This document shows positions 1-10,871 of a stretch of 55,999 nucleotides of DNA, piece after piece; the stretch's first letter is position 1, and every line of letters starts with the position of its first letter. The notes under the pieces were generated by a model that did not search any database, was not told where the DNA came from, and saw only the letters and a program-made list of their open reading frames with translations. The DNA is from an uncultured Gemmatimonadaceae bacterium. GTDB lineage: Bacteria > Gemmatimonadota > Gemmatimonadetes > Gemmatimonadales > Gemmatimonadaceae. Made by a program: the position numbers and the translations under genes. The stretch covers positions 1-55,999 of the forward strand of contig CAWGJO010000031.1 in NCBI GenBank assembly GCA_963822945.1, written 5' to 3'.

Positions 1-249
1 TGGCCAGGGCGTGTCCGCGCTCGTCGGCCTCCAGCCGCACCCGGTCGCCCACGGCGAGTTTGAGGACGGTCGCGGGCCGCGGCCACCGTGTCGCGGCGGA
101 TGGTGCCGCCGCGCGCCGGCCCACGTCCGGCCTTCTTCAGGCGGCCGCGCAACGAGACTCATGCACGGTGCCGTCGGCGGTGACCACGTGCCACACGCCC
201 CCCGTGCCCTGGGTGACCACCGTGCCGATCACCCCGCGTCGTCGCTCAC
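1..249 (-). CDS. rsgA: N-terminal part of ribosome small-subunit-dependent GTPase A (runs off the window edge; frameshifted)
   Basis: Manual minus-strand translation across indels gives GTVVTQGTGGVWHV..SLRGRLKK..LKLAVGDRVRLE, the RsgA OB-fold N-terminus. Confidence 0.65.
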
Positions 250-648
250 GGCGTCTCCGGGGTCGTCGGCCCGCATGGCGTCCCACCAACGCCGGGCCGG
301 CGCTCCCCGTCGCGCGCGGCGATCAGCGCGTCCAGCGCGCGCTTCACCTCGGCCAGCGGCATCCCGCCCGCCGCCGCCCGCGCCGCGGCTCCGACGGCGC
401 GTGGGCGAGATAGTCCGATTCCAGGTGCCCCTGCGGGCGGCCGCGCCCACGCGGGCCCACTGGATGAACAGCAGATAGGCCCCGAACGCCGCGCCGCCAT
501 CCGGCGTCTCGTCGGCCACGATCTCGACGCTGTACGAGAAGCCGTCCGATCCCTCGAACGCGGCCGGGCGGTCGTGCACCGCCATGTATCCCCCGAGCGT
601 GTTGGCGTCGCCCTTGGAATGGTCGGCGGGAAGAAACTGCCCGGACAC
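246..648 (-). CDS. hypothetical protein (frameshifted)
   Basis: Pieces in ORFs 229..1302, 344..1480 and 246..500: YMAVHDRPAAFEGSDGFSYSVEI..GHLESDYLAH..LAEVKRALDALI. Confidence 0.55.
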
Positions 649-650
649 GA

Positions 651-1583
651 TCAGTGGCGGTTGCCCACCATCTCGCGCAGCACGTTGCCGGTGATGAAGG
701 CGACGTTCGCCGGACGCTCGGCCAGCCGCCGCATGAGATACGGGTACCACTGCGTGCCGAACGGCACGTACACGCGCATGCGATAGCCGTCGGCCACGAG
801 TTGCTCCTGCAGATCCCGGCGCACGCCGTAGAGCATCTGGAACTCGAACCGGTCGGGCGGGATGCCGCGCTCGGTCGCGAACCGCTTGGCCTCTTCCACC
901 AGCGCCGGATCGTGGGTCGCGATGGCGGATAGTTGGCGTGCTCAGCAGCGTGTGCATGCACTTCACGTAGTTGGCGTCCACGTCCTTCTTGTCGGGATAG
1001 GCCACCGCGGCCGGCTCCTTGTACGCGCCCTTGCAGATCCGCACCCGGCACTTGAGCTGCACCGCGCGCTCGGCGTCGGCGAACGTGCGGTACAGATAGC
1101 TCTGGAGCACGATGCCCACGTGCTGCTTGAAGCCGGGATAGAGCCGGTCCTCGAACAGCCGCAGCGTACGCTCGGTGTATGCGCTCGACTCCATGTCGAC
1201 CCGCACGAAGGTGCCGTAGCGCTGGGCCCGCTCGAGAATGTCGCGCATGATCGAGACGCACAACTCCTCGGAGATGTCGAGCCCCATGGCGGTGAGCTTC
1301 ACCGAGACGTTGCAGTCGAGCCCTTCGGCGTTGATCCGATCGAGGATGTGAGGTACTCGTCGCGGGCGGCTCGCGCCTCCTGCTCGTTGTGCACGCTCTC
1401 GCCCAGCAGGTCGAGCGACGCCGAGATGCCCTTGGCGTTGAGTCCGCGCACGGCCGCCACGGCCTCGTCGAGGCGCTCACCGGCCACGAACCGCCGGGCG
1501 AAGGACTTGGCGAGCCGGTTCTTGCGCACGAAACGGAACACCCGCGGCTGATTTGACAGGTACAACAGTGTCGAGCGAAACAT
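651..1583 (-). CDS. proline dehydrogenase, monofunctional (split by frameshifts)
   Basis: RFVAGE, SLDLLGES, VRVDMES, RICKGAYKEP, FEFQMLYGVRRDLQ and YLMRRLAERPAN across ORFs 1299..1583, 229..1302 and 651..899. Confidence 0.9.
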
Positions 1584-1620
1584 GCGACCTCAGGGGGTAT
1601 CGGGCGGAGGGACCACCCGA

Positions 1621-1652
1621 AAAATAGACGGCCCGCGCGGAAACGCGGGCCG
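1621..1652 (-). terminator. probable intrinsic terminator after the M14 peptidase gene
   Basis: Minus-strand hairpin CGGCCCGCG-TTTCCG-CGCGGGCCG followed by TCTATTTT. Confidence 0.5.
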
Positions 1653-1658
1653 AAATGG

Positions 1659-3434
1659 TCAGGGGTTGATGGAACGGAACGGCGCGTTCACGGCGAACGG
1701 CTCGACGATGCGCAGCACCGGGTAGTTCTTGCCGGGTCCGATCCAGTCGTCCATGACGTTCCAGGTCGTGAACCCGTCGTCGCTCTCCGGCTCCAGCAGG
1801 TACATGGCGAGGATCGCCAGGGGCTGCGCCTCGCGCACCATGTAGGTGCCCGCCGGCAGGGTCACGGCGGGGCGACCAGAGGCCCTCCAGCCGCTCCTCG
1901 ATGATGGCCCTGGTATTCCTGCGGGTCCGGATCAGCGAATCGATCGCGAACCGTTCGGCGGCGACGTTCAGCGAATCCACGAGCTGCTCCACGAACACGC
2001 CGTGCAGGCTGCAGCCGGGCCACCAACGGCTTCTGGTCGGGCCCGAAGGCATAGGCCACCGGCATCCGCCGATGCAGGGTGCGACTGGAAACGGTCGTAT
2101 ACCGGCATGCGTTCGGTGTGGAACTTGCCGATGCGCTTGTAGCCGCGCTTCACCCCGGGCAGCTTCTCGGTGCTGTCGGGGAGCTTGGCCGAGGTCCTCG
2201 AGGATGATGTCGGCAATTCCGGATGCTGGGTGTACTCCGAGCGCAACGACACGTACGGGCGCCTTGGAGGGGGTGGTGCCGGCCTCGATCGTCTTGCGGT
2301 CGGCCTCGTGCGTCACGCTCGACGATCTCGTCCTTGTTGGCCGCGATCAGCGACAGCAGCTCGCCCACGAACGGCATACGTCGACGCGATGCGGGTGCGG
2401 AAGGGTCATGCGAGTAGGCTTCGCTGAGCACGGAGATCCGGCCGCGAAGTCCGTAGTAGTTGGTGCCGTATCGCGGCCGCGCGTCGTAGGTGTACCATCC
2501 GCGCGGCATGCGCCGGGGGCGACTCGACGTTGCCGTAGTCGAAGGTCTGGATGCGCTCGCGGGCCAGCAGGTTGCGCCGCACGGCGGGCAGCAGCGTGTC
2601 CATGGTGAACGGCCCCGTGTACATCGCGGTGGGGCTGAGCGAGGCCGCGTAGGTGAGCGCGTAGCCGTGGTAGGTGCCGTCGGTGGTGTGCAGGTCCACG
2701 AAGACATCGGGGTCCCACGTATCGAACATGCGCAGCGACGCCTGGGTTTCCGGCGCGTCGGCCTTGACGTAGTCGCGGTTGAGGTCGAGCCCCTGCCCGT
2801 TGGCCCGCTGTCCGATCATCTCGGGTCCGTCCTGCGACGGCCGCAGCTGTTCCTGGTGGCCGAACTTCTCGTTGCCGTCGGCGTTGTAGATCGGCACCAC
2901 CACGAGCACCAGCGAATCGAGCACGTTGGGGGCCTTGTCGTCGGTCAGCTCGCGGAGCATGGAGAGCATGGCCTCCTTGCCCTCCACCTCGCCGGCGTGG
3001 ATGTCGGCCTGGATGTAGACGATGGGCCGGTTGAGCCGCTGGGCTTCGGCGGCCGTCCGGACGAGCGGGCGCGATGCCACGACGTAGGGGATCTCGCGCC
3101 CCTCGCTGGTCTTGCCGATATCGCCGGTGAAAATCTGGTCGCTCTCCATCGACTTCAGCGTGTCGATGAACGCCAGGACGTCCGCGTAGTGCGACGTCTC
3201 CTGGAAGTTGGTGCGTTCGGCCCGCGTGAGCGGGCGCCGATTGGAGAAGTCGGTGGGATAGACGGCGTGGATGTTCACCGCCGACACTGCGCCCTCGTCC
3301 CGGCGGGCGGGGCCCGGCCCCTGGCCCGGCGGCGGACCGCCGGCGGGGGCACCGCCCCCGCAGGAGACGGCGAAGGCAGCCGCAGCGAGCGGCGTCAGGA
3401 CGCGGACGAGCGAACGGGCCATGACTGATCTCAC
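1659..3434 (-). CDS. M14 zinc carboxypeptidase family lipoprotein (several frameshifts in the 3' half)
   Basis: IHAGEVEGKE, YNADGNE, DLNRD and DLHTT motifs; C-terminal AMYLLEPESDDG in ORF 1659..1865. Confidence 0.85.
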
Positions 3435-3501
3435 GGATGAATGAATGGCGCCGGGAACAGGGAATTGTACCCCGATGGCGCCTCGGCGGTCTAGGGACCG
3501 G

Positions 3502-4122
3502 TCAGGGCTGGGGTGGCAGCGGGACCCCGCCGTGGCGCAGCGCGGCCCCCCGGGCCCGGGTCGTGGTGGCGGCAGCGGGGTCGGCGCCGCGGTCGATGTC
3601 CTGACGCACGCTGCGCTGGTAGGCGGCGAAGTCCGCGTCCCGCAGGCCGGCCCGTTCGAGCGAGGCCACGGCCGACGAGGCGGTCGCCGCGGGCACCCCG
3701 CGCGCCACGAGGTCGGTGAGCACCATGATCGGCGTGGTGAGCTGCCGCCCCACCGCCACCCGGCGCAGCCGGGTGAGTTCGGCGCCCGTGACGCCGGCGT
3801 GGATGGCGTGCGCGCCGGCCGTGATCTCGGCGTCGCTCGAGGCCCGGCCCAGCGCGTCGCGGGAGCGCCGCAGTTCCCCGGCCAGCGAATGGACCGCGGC
3901 CACGATGCGGGGGCCGGCGGCTCGCTTTCCGGCGCCCTCGAGCGCCTTGTTCACGAGCACGTCCGAGGGCAGCCCCTCCACGCGCGCCGAGTCGATGATC
4001 GCCAGCACGGCGGTCCGCGTCGGGGCGTCGAGGGCGGTATTCAGACGGGAGATCGGCGCGCGCTGAGCCGAGGCGGCCGATGCGATGAAGAGCATCGCCG
4101 CCGCGCACCATGACGGCCGCAT
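3502..4122 (-). CDS. exported hypothetical protein
   Basis: 3' part of ORF 3502..4479 from MRPSWCAAAMLFIASAASAQ (signal-peptide-like); its start abuts the upstream stop. Confidence 0.6.
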   Translation of the reverse strand: MRPSWCAAAMLFIASAASAQRAPISRLNTALDAPTRTAVLAIIDSARVEGLPSDVLVNKALEGAGKRAAGPRIVAAVHSLAGELRRSRDALGRASSDAEITAGAHAIHAGVTGAELTRLRRVAVGRQLTTPIMVLTDLVARGVPAATASSAVASLERAGLRDADFAAYQRSVRQDIDRGADPAAATTTRARGAALRHGGVPLPPQP

Positions 4123-4637
4123 CAAGGCGTGTCTTCGACGACCAGAGCCGAGTTGGGCTTGCCGAAATCCTCGTCGGCCACGCGGGGCGCAGCGGGATCG
4201 GGAACCCACAGGGAGTCGTCTACCAGGAAAGCGTAGCGATGATGCCCTGGGGGAATGGGCGTGGTGAGCGACCAGACGCCGCCGCCGCGGTTCTCGGCGG
4301 CGTATGCATCGTGGGAGACGTCCCACCCGTTGAAGTCGCCGACCACCTGAACCGTCTTGGCGTCGGGCGCCACCAGCACGAACTGCACGGGTTGGCCGCG
4401 CGGCGCCCGCATGGCCGGCACCACGGCCACCCCGAACATCCCGGCGGCCACGGCGGCGAACGCCGACCACACCCGCCACCGGGGCATGGGCATGAGCGGC
4501 GAGATGAGGCGCAGCGGGCGCACGGCGGCGGCCCGGATGGCCCGCATCACGCGCCGGTCGAACGACGCGTCCAGCGGCGCCGGCCGGCGCAGTTCGGACA
4601 CCACTCTCTCGAGTCGCGTTCTGTCGATGTCAGGCAC
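4122..4637 (-). CDS. membrane-anchored glycogen-binding (CBM48/AMPK-like) domain protein, possible anti-sigma factor
   Basis: TM helix then VQVVGDFNGW..PPGHHRYAFLVDDSLWVPDP; follows the ECF sigma gene. Confidence 0.75.
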   Translation of the reverse strand: MPDIDRTRLERVVSELRRPAPLDASFDRRVMRAIRAAAVRPLRLISPLMPMPRWRVWSAFAAVAAGMFGVAVVPAMRAPRGQPVQFVLVAPDAKTVQVVGDFNGWDVSHDAYAAENRGGGVWSLTTPIPPGHHRYAFLVDDSLWVPDPAAPRVADEDFGKPNSALVVEDTP

Positions 4638-5175
4638 TGCGCACCTCCTCCAACAGCACGCGCAGGCGGTCGCACGCGCGCATCACTCGCATCTTCAACG
4701 CCGAAACGCCGACCCCGGTCAACTCCGCCATCTCGTCGTACCCCAACCCCTCCACGTACTTCAGGAGGAACGCCTCGCGTTGTTCGGGGCGCAGTTCGGA
4801 AAGCGCCCGGTCGATCTCCTCCCGCCACGCCCACTGGTCGGCCGGATGCTCCTCCGATGCGCTGAGCAGCGCGCCCTCGTCCGCCAGGAAGGTCCGCGCG
4901 CGGCGCGCGCGGCGTGCCCCGGTGGTTCGACACCGGTTCACGAGAATGCGGAACAGCCACGCGCCGAACCGTTCCGGATCCTCACACCGTCCCAACGAGC
5001 GATACGCGCGCACGAACGCGTCCTGCAGCACCTCATCCGCGTCCTCGCGGTTGCCGAGCATGTGCATGGCGTACCGGGCGCACGAGTCGCGATATCGCGC
5101 CACGAGCGTCGCGAACGCATCCACGTCGCCCGCCAGCACCTGCGCGACGATCACCGCGTCACTGCGTCCATCCAT
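4630..5175 (-). CDS. ECF-type RNA polymerase sigma-70 factor
   Basis: DEVLQDAFVRAY, FGAWLFRILVNRC and region 4 LGYDEMAELTG. Confidence 0.9.
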   Translation of the reverse strand: MDGRSDAVIVAQVLAGDVDAFATLVARYRDSCARYAMHMLGNREDADEVLQDAFVRAYRSLGRCEDPERFGAWLFRILVNRCRTTGARRARRARTFLADEGALLSASEEHPADQWAWREEIDRALSELRPEQREAFLLKYVEGLGYDEMAELTGVGVSALKMRVMRACDRLRVLLEEVRSA

Positions 5176-5241
5176 AACGATCTGACCTTTCCAGAAGGAG
5201 TGGAGTCACAGCACCAGACTCGACCGGCGCCCGTCGTGCCG

Positions 5242-7413
5242 TCAGACGGGTCGTCCCTCGGCGGGATAGAACCGCTGGCGGTCGCGGGCCATGTCGAGCA
5301 GGAGTTCCGCCGGTTCGAACCGCGGCGAGAACCGGGCGTGCAGTTCCTCGAGACGGCGAACGACCTCCCCGACGCCCAGACTATCAATGTACCGAAACGG
5401 GCCCCCGCGGAAGGGCGGGAACCCGATCCCGAACACCGCCCCGATATCACCGTCCCTCGGCGACCGGAGGATACCGTCCTGCAGGCAGTGCACGGCTTCA
5501 TTTACCATCGCCAGCGTGCAGCGTTCCACGATCTCCCCGCCCGGCATGGGCATCCGCTGCCGCCCCTCGCCGATGAGGTCGTAGATCGTGGGGTCCACCC
5601 CGCTCTTCTTGCCGTGTTTGTCGTACCGGTAGAACCCCGAACCTCCCTTGCGCCCGGTCCGCCCCGACTCGACCACCCGGCGCAGGGCATGCGAGGGCGC
5701 CATGCGGTGGCCGAACGCCTCCGACAGCACGAGCCCCACCTTGCCAGCCACGTCGATGCCCACCTCGTCGAGCAGCGTGATCGGACCCACCGGGAATCCG
5801 AACTCCACCAGCGCGCCGTCGATCTGGTCGACGGCCACGTTCTCGTCGAGGAGCAGTCCGGCCTCGTTCATGTAGGCCGAGAGCGTCCGCGTGGTGTAGA
5901 ACCCGGGCCCATCGCGGACGACGATCACCGTCTTCCCGAGCTTGCGCCCGTAGTCCACCGCGGTGACCACGGCCTCCCGGGCGGTGCGCTCGGTGACGAT
6001 GACCTCGAGCAGCGGCATGCGGTGCACGGGCGAGAAGAAGTGCATGCCGAGCACGCGTTCCGGACGCCGCGCGGCGGCCGCGATCTCGGTGATCGGAATC
6101 GTGCTCGTGTTCGACGCGTATACGGCGTCGGGCCCGAGCGCCGGCTCGACCTCCTGGAGCACCTGGTGCTTGAGCCCCAGGTCCTCGAACACGGCCTCGA
6201 TCACGAGGTCGGCGTTCCCGAAGCCGGTGTAGTCGGTGGTGCCGCTGACCAGGATCAACTGGTCGGCGAACTGCTGCCGGGTGATGCGGCGGCGGGTCAG
6301 CCTCTCGCCGAGCACCGCGCGCACGGCGGCCAGTCCCCGGCCCACGCGGCCGGCGTCGGTGTCCTTGAGCCGCACCGGCGTGCCGTGCTGCGCGGCGATG
6401 CCGGCGATGCCGGCGCCCATGAATCCCGCGCCGAGCACGCCCAGCTTGTGCACCGGCATGGGCGGCGGCACCGGCGGATCCACGCCCATGTCCTTTTTGA
6501 GCGCGTTCGTGGCGAAGAAGAGAAAGATCAACTCGCGCGACACCGGGGTCATGGCCAGTTCGCCGAACCGGCGCGACTCCTCGCGCAGTCCCGCGGCCAT
6601 CCCCCGCTCGAGGCCGGTGCGCACCACATCCAGCGCCGCGAGCGGCGCCGGGAAGTGGCCGTGCGTCTTGGCGAGCACGTTCTCCCGGGCCTTGCGGAAC
6701 ACCACGCTGCGGCCCGCGAAGTTGGTGTCGAGCAGCAGCCCCGTGGCGCCGGCCCCGTGGCCGCGCCGCGACGGCTTCCGGCTGCCGTCGGCCAGCTCGC
6801 GGGCGCGCGCCAGCGCGATCTCGCCGAGGATGGCCGGGTGCACCATTTCGTCCACCAGTCCCAGTTGCAGCGCCTTCTTGGCCCGGATGTTCTTGCCGGT
6901 GAGGATCATGTCGAGCGCTGCCTGCAGCCCAACCAGCCGCGGCAGCCGCTGCGTGCCCCCCATGCCGGGGATGAGGCCCAGCTGCACCTCGGGCACGGCG
7001 AGCACCGTCTTGGCGTGGTCGGTGCAGATCCGGTAGCGGCAGGCCAGCGCCAGTTCGAGCCCGCCGCCCATGCATGCGCCGTGAATGGCCGCCACCACGG
7101 GCACGCGCAGCGCCGCCAACGCGTTGAGCGCATCCTGCCCGAGCTGGCTGGCCCCCGCGGCGTCGATCTCGCGCCGGAAGTCGAGGAACTGCTCGATGTC
7201 GGCGCCGACGATGAACGAGTCGCCCTTGCCGCTCACGATCACGCATGCGCGCACGCTCGCGTCGGCATCCACGTCGGCGATGGCCCGGGTGAGCTCCTCG
7301 CCGAGCGCGCGCGTGAGCTTGTTCACCGGCTCGCCCGGCACGTCGAGCGTGAGCACCAGCACGTCGTCCTGTCGATCGAGGCGAATGGCGGGCATCGGCG
7401 GCTCCTCGTTCAT
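5242..7413 (-). CDS. fadJ: fatty acid oxidation complex subunit alpha (enoyl-CoA hydratase / 3-hydroxyacyl-CoA dehydrogenase)
   Basis: GGGLELALAC, PEVQLGLIPG, VLGAGFMGAGIA, ASNTS and GMHFFSPV. Confidence 0.92.
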   Translation of the reverse strand: MNEEPPMPAIRLDRQDDVLVLTLDVPGEPVNKLTRALGEELTRAIADVDADASVRACVIVSGKGDSFIVGADIEQFLDFRREIDAAGASQLGQDALNALAALRVPVVAAIHGACMGGGLELALACRYRICTDHAKTVLAVPEVQLGLIPGMGGTQRLPRLVGLQAALDMILTGKNIRAKKALQLGLVDEMVHPAILGEIALARARELADGSRKPSRRGHGAGATGLLLDTNFAGRSVVFRKARENVLAKTHGHFPAPLAALDVVRTGLERGMAAGLREESRRFGELAMTPVSRELIFLFFATNALKKDMGVDPPVPPPMPVHKLGVLGAGFMGAGIAGIAAQHGTPVRLKDTDAGRVGRGLAAVRAVLGERLTRRRITRQQFADQLILVSGTTDYTGFGNADLVIEAVFEDLGLKHQVLQEVEPALGPDAVYASNTSTIPITEIAAAARRPERVLGMHFFSPVHRMPLLEVIVTERTAREAVVTAVDYGRKLGKTVIVVRDGPGFYTTRTLSAYMNEAGLLLDENVAVDQIDGALVEFGFPVGPITLLDEVGIDVAGKVGLVLSEAFGHRMAPSHALRRVVESGRTGRKGGSGFYRYDKHGKKSGVDPTIYDLIGEGRQRMPMPGGEIVERCTLAMVNEAVHCLQDGILRSPRDGDIGAVFGIGFPPFRGGPFRYIDSLGVGEVVRRLEELHARFSPRFEPAELLLDMARDRQRFYPAEGRPV

Positions 7414-8705
7414 ACGCGCTCGATGACCATGGCGTGGCCCAGCCCGCCGGCCGCGCACACGGTCATCAGTCCGAACTGTCCGTCCCGCCGCGCCAGCTCG
7501 TTGGCCAGCGTGGTGAGAATGCGCCCGCCGGTGGCGCCGAAGGGATGCCCGATGGCGATCGACCCGCCCATCACGTTCAACCGCGAGCGATCCACCTCGC
7601 CCACCGGCTGGCTGAACCCGGCGCGCTCGGCCCACGCCCGCGATTCGAACCCCTGCAGGTTGCACAGCACCTGCGACGCGAACGCCTCGTGCATCTCCAC
7701 GAGGTCCATGTCGGCCAGGGTGAGCCCGGCGCGCTGCAGGGCGAGCGGGGCCGCGAGCACCGGTCCCATGAGCAGCTGTTCCGCGGGGTCGAGCGCGGCG
7801 TAGGCGTACGAGCGAATGAAGGCGAGCGGCACGTACCCGAGCGTGCGGGCGCGCTCCTCGCTCATCAGCAGCACGGCGCTCGCGCCGTCGGTGAGCGGCG
7901 ACGCATTGCCGGCCGTCACGGTGCCGTAGCGCCGATCGAACACGGGCTTGAGCTTGCGCATCTGTTCGATGCTGGTGTCGGTGCGAATGCCGTTGTCGCT
8001 CGACACCGCGACGTCGTATCTGGGCGGCACCCACACCGTGGCGATCTCCGCCGTCAGCCGCCCGTCCTGCGTGCCCACCGCGGCCAGCCGGTGCGACCGC
8101 AGGGCGAACTGATCCTGATCCTCACGCGGGATATGGTTGATCTTGGCCATCTTCTCCGCGCTCTGCCCCATCGTCTCCCCGGTGGTGGGCTCGGCGATGG
8201 CCGGCGTGATCGGCACGAAGTCCTTGAGCGTGATGCGCGACAGCGCCGCGATGCGTCCGCCGAGCGATTTGGCGCGCGATGCGGCCACCAGCGCGTCGGA
8301 CATCCCGCGCGAATGGAGGATCGGCACGTTGGAGAGCGACTCGGCCCCGCCGGCGATCATCACGTCGCGGTGCCCGAGCGCGATCTGATCGGCGGCGTCG
8401 GTGATCGCCTGGTTGGCCGACGCGCAGGCCCGGCTCACGGTGTACGCGTCCACGCCCTTGGGCAGCACCGGCATCAGCGATACCTCGCGCGCGATGTTGG
8501 GCGCGATCACCGAGTGCACCACGGTGCCGTACACCAGCCCTTCCACCAACTCGCCTTCGAGTTCCGTGCGCTGCAGCAGCTCCGAGACGCAGAGACGCCC
8601 GAGGTCGATGGCGCTCAACGAACGGAGCACGGTGCCCGCGCGCGTGAACGGCGTGCGCACGCCCGCGACGATAGCCACCCGGCGCCCGTTCCCGAAACTC
8701 GGCAT
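7410..8705 (-). CDS. fadI: acetyl-CoA C-acyltransferase (thiolase)
   Basis: VSRACAS, HEAFA, GHPFGATG and CAAGGLG. Confidence 0.93.
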   Translation of the reverse strand: MPSFGNGRRVAIVAGVRTPFTRAGTVLRSLSAIDLGRLCVSELLQRTELEGELVEGLVYGTVVHSVIAPNIAREVSLMPVLPKGVDAYTVSRACASANQAITDAADQIALGHRDVMIAGGAESLSNVPILHSRGMSDALVAASRAKSLGGRIAALSRITLKDFVPITPAIAEPTTGETMGQSAEKMAKINHIPREDQDQFALRSHRLAAVGTQDGRLTAEIATVWVPPRYDVAVSSDNGIRTDTSIEQMRKLKPVFDRRYGTVTAGNASPLTDGASAVLLMSEERARTLGYVPLAFIRSYAYAALDPAEQLLMGPVLAAPLALQRAGLTLADMDLVEMHEAFASQVLCNLQGFESRAWAERAGFSQPVGEVDRSRLNVMGGSIAIGHPFGATGGRILTTLANELARRDGQFGLMTVCAAGGLGHAMVIERV

Positions 8706-8795
8706 GCCTGCAACTTAGAGGCTCGGTCGCGGCAGGCAACACGGATCGCGCCCCGCTTGTTCCCGGGACGGCCGCATGTCAGCTTTTGACGCTCC

Positions 8796-10322
8796 ATGCC
8801 CGACTCGTTCCCTCGACTTCCCGCCCCCGGATCCACCTTCGACCTGCTCGTCGTGGGCGGCGGGGTCACGGGCGCCGGCATCGCACGCGACGCCGCGCTC
8901 CGCGGACTCCGCGTGCTGCTGGTCGAGAAGGACGATTTCGCCGGCGGGACGTCCAGCCGCAGCTCCCGGTTGATCCACGGCGGATTGCGCTACCTGGAGC
9001 ACGGCCAGCTCAAGCTGGTGTTCGAGGCGAGCGCGGAGCGCCGGCGGCTGTTGGCGCTCGCGCCGCACCTGGTGCATCCGCTGCGCTTCGTCTGGCCGGT
9101 GTACCGGGGCGCCCGCGTGCCGCTGTGGAAGGTGGCGGCGGGGGTCACGCTGTACGATGCGCTCGCCGCCTTCCGCAACGTCCAGCGCCACCGCCGCCTG
9201 TCGGCGCGCGGCGTGCTCGCCGAAGAACCGGCGCTGTCGCCCGAGGGCCTGCGCGGCGGCGTCTCCTACTTCGACGCGGCCACGGACGACGCCCGGCTCA
9301 CGCTGGCCAACGTGCTCGACGCCGAACGGGCAGGCGCGGTGGTGGTGAACCACGCCGCGGTACGGAGCTTCGTCATCGAGGCGGGGCGCGTGGTGGGCGC
9401 GCGCCTGGTGGACGGGCTCTCCGGCGACGCCGTCGACGTCCACGCGCGCGCGACCGTGAACGCGACGGGGCCGTGGAGCGACGAGGTGCGGCGTCTCGAG
9501 GGCGCCGGCGACCGGCCGCACGTGCGCGGCAGCAAGGGAGCGCACATCCTCGTGCCGCATGCGCGGGTGGGCAACCACGCCGCCCTCACCCTGCTCTCAC
9601 CGATGGACGGCCGGGTGATGTTCGCGCTTCCGGCGGGCGATTTCACCATCTTCGGCACCACCGACACGTTCACCGCCGCCAGCCCCGACCAGGTGCGGGC
9701 CTCGGAGGACGACGTGGCGTATCTGCTGCGCGCGGCGAACACGTTCTTCCCGTCGTCGCGCCTCGGGCGGGCCGACGTCGTGAGCGCGTGGGCCGGCATC
9801 CGGCCGCTCGTAGCCACGTCGGCCGATTCGCCGAACGCCGCGTCGCGGGAACACGCCATCGCGGTCACACCGGCCGGCGTGGTGACGATCACGGGCGGCA
9901 AGCTCACCACGTACCGCATCATGGCCGCGCAGGTGGTCAACGTGGTATGCCGGCGCATCGGCGCGGGAGGCGCGTCCACCACCGCGCACGCCCCGCTGCC
10001 CGACGACGGGCCGGCGCGCGACGCCGCCTGCGCGCGCGATGCGCGCGCGGGCACGCCGATCGTGGAAGGGCGCCCGTGGCGCTGGGGCGAGCTGCGCTGG
10101 GCCGTGGAGTCGGCGCACGCGCGCACGCTGGCCGACCTGCTCATCCGGCGCACGAAGCTGGCGTTCGAGACGCCGGATCACGCCATGCGCGTGGCGCCGG
10201 CGGTGGCGGAGTACGTAGCGCCGCAGCTGGGGTGGGAGGGAGCCGCGCGGCAGGCCGCGGTGGACGAGTACGCCGCGGAGGTCGACCGGATCTTCGGCGT
10301 CGACGCGGGCGCCGGGGTGTAG
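8796..10322 (+). CDS. glpD: FAD-dependent glycerol-3-phosphate dehydrogenase
   Basis: GGGVTGAGIARDAALRG, GTSSRSSRLIHGGLRYL and GGKLTTYR. Confidence 0.9.
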   Translation: MPDSFPRLPAPGSTFDLLVVGGGVTGAGIARDAALRGLRVLLVEKDDFAGGTSSRSSRLIHGGLRYLEHGQLKLVFEASAERRRLLALAPHLVHPLRFVWPVYRGARVPLWKVAAGVTLYDALAAFRNVQRHRRLSARGVLAEEPALSPEGLRGGVSYFDAATDDARLTLANVLDAERAGAVVVNHAAVRSFVIEAGRVVGARLVDGLSGDAVDVHARATVNATGPWSDEVRRLEGAGDRPHVRGSKGAHILVPHARVGNHAALTLLSPMDGRVMFALPAGDFTIFGTTDTFTAASPDQVRASEDDVAYLLRAANTFFPSSRLGRADVVSAWAGIRPLVATSADSPNAASREHAIAVTPAGVVTITGGKLTTYRIMAAQVVNVVCRRIGAGGASTTAHAPLPDDGPARDAACARDARAGTPIVEGRPWRWGELRWAVESAHARTLADLLIRRTKLAFETPDHAMRVAPAVAEYVAPQLGWEGAARQAAVDEYAAEVDRIFGVDAGAGV

Positions 10323-10331
10323 GAGCGGCGG

Positions 10332-10817
10332 CTACTTCCCCTTGCTCGCCACCTCGTCGTGGATCGTGTACAACTCGATCACCAGGAGCTGCCGCGTCAG
10401 CGCCGGCAGGCGCAGCACCACCTCGTCGCCCACCGCCTTGTTCAGCAGGGCGCGCCCGATGGGAGACGCCATGGTGACGTGCCCGTCCTCGAACTCCACC
10501 GCATCGCCGAACACCAGGTAGTACGTCTCGCGCTCCTTGGACTTCCGGTCCTCGACGATCACGCGCGAGCCCAACCCCACCTTGTCGGTCGGGATCTGCG
10601 CCGGGTCGATAGACGACAGCTTGCTCAGCCGCTGGCGCAACTGCCCCAGCCGGGCCTGCACGAACTGCTGCCGTTCGAGGGCGGCCTTGTATTCGCTGTT
10701 CTCGCGCAGGTCGCCGAGTTCCACGGCTTTCCGGATCTCATTGGGAAGCGTGACGTTCAGCTCGTACTGCAGCCGCTCGACTTCCGCGCCCAGTTTCTGT
10801 TTCAGCGCTTCGATCAT
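10332..10817 (-). CDS. greA: GreA/GreB transcription elongation factor
   Basis: GDLRENSEYKAA and SPIGRALL. Confidence 0.9.
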   Translation of the reverse strand: MIEALKQKLGAEVERLQYELNVTLPNEIRKAVELGDLRENSEYKAALERQQFVQARLGQLRQRLSKLSSIDPAQIPTDKVGLGSRVIVEDRKSKERETYYLVFGDAVEFEDGHVTMASPIGRALLNKAVGDEVVLRLPALTRQLLVIELYTIHDEVASKGK

Positions 10818-10837
10818 GGGACGTACCGACAGGGTAC

Positions 10838-10871
10838 AAAAAAAGGAGACGCCCGGCTGAGTGGCCGGGCG
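10838..10871 (-). terminator. intrinsic terminator-like hairpin in the greA leader
   Basis: Minus strand CGCCCGGC-CACTCA-GCCGGGCG-TCTCC-TTTTTTT, ending about 20 nt before the greA ATG. Confidence 0.65.

Noticed and set aside
4357..7803. Long antisense and alternate-frame ORFs (for example 1148 aa here, 20638..22623, 26224..26580, 33220..33717)
   Set aside because: They are GC-rich shadows of real genes on the opposite strand and have no recognisable domains.
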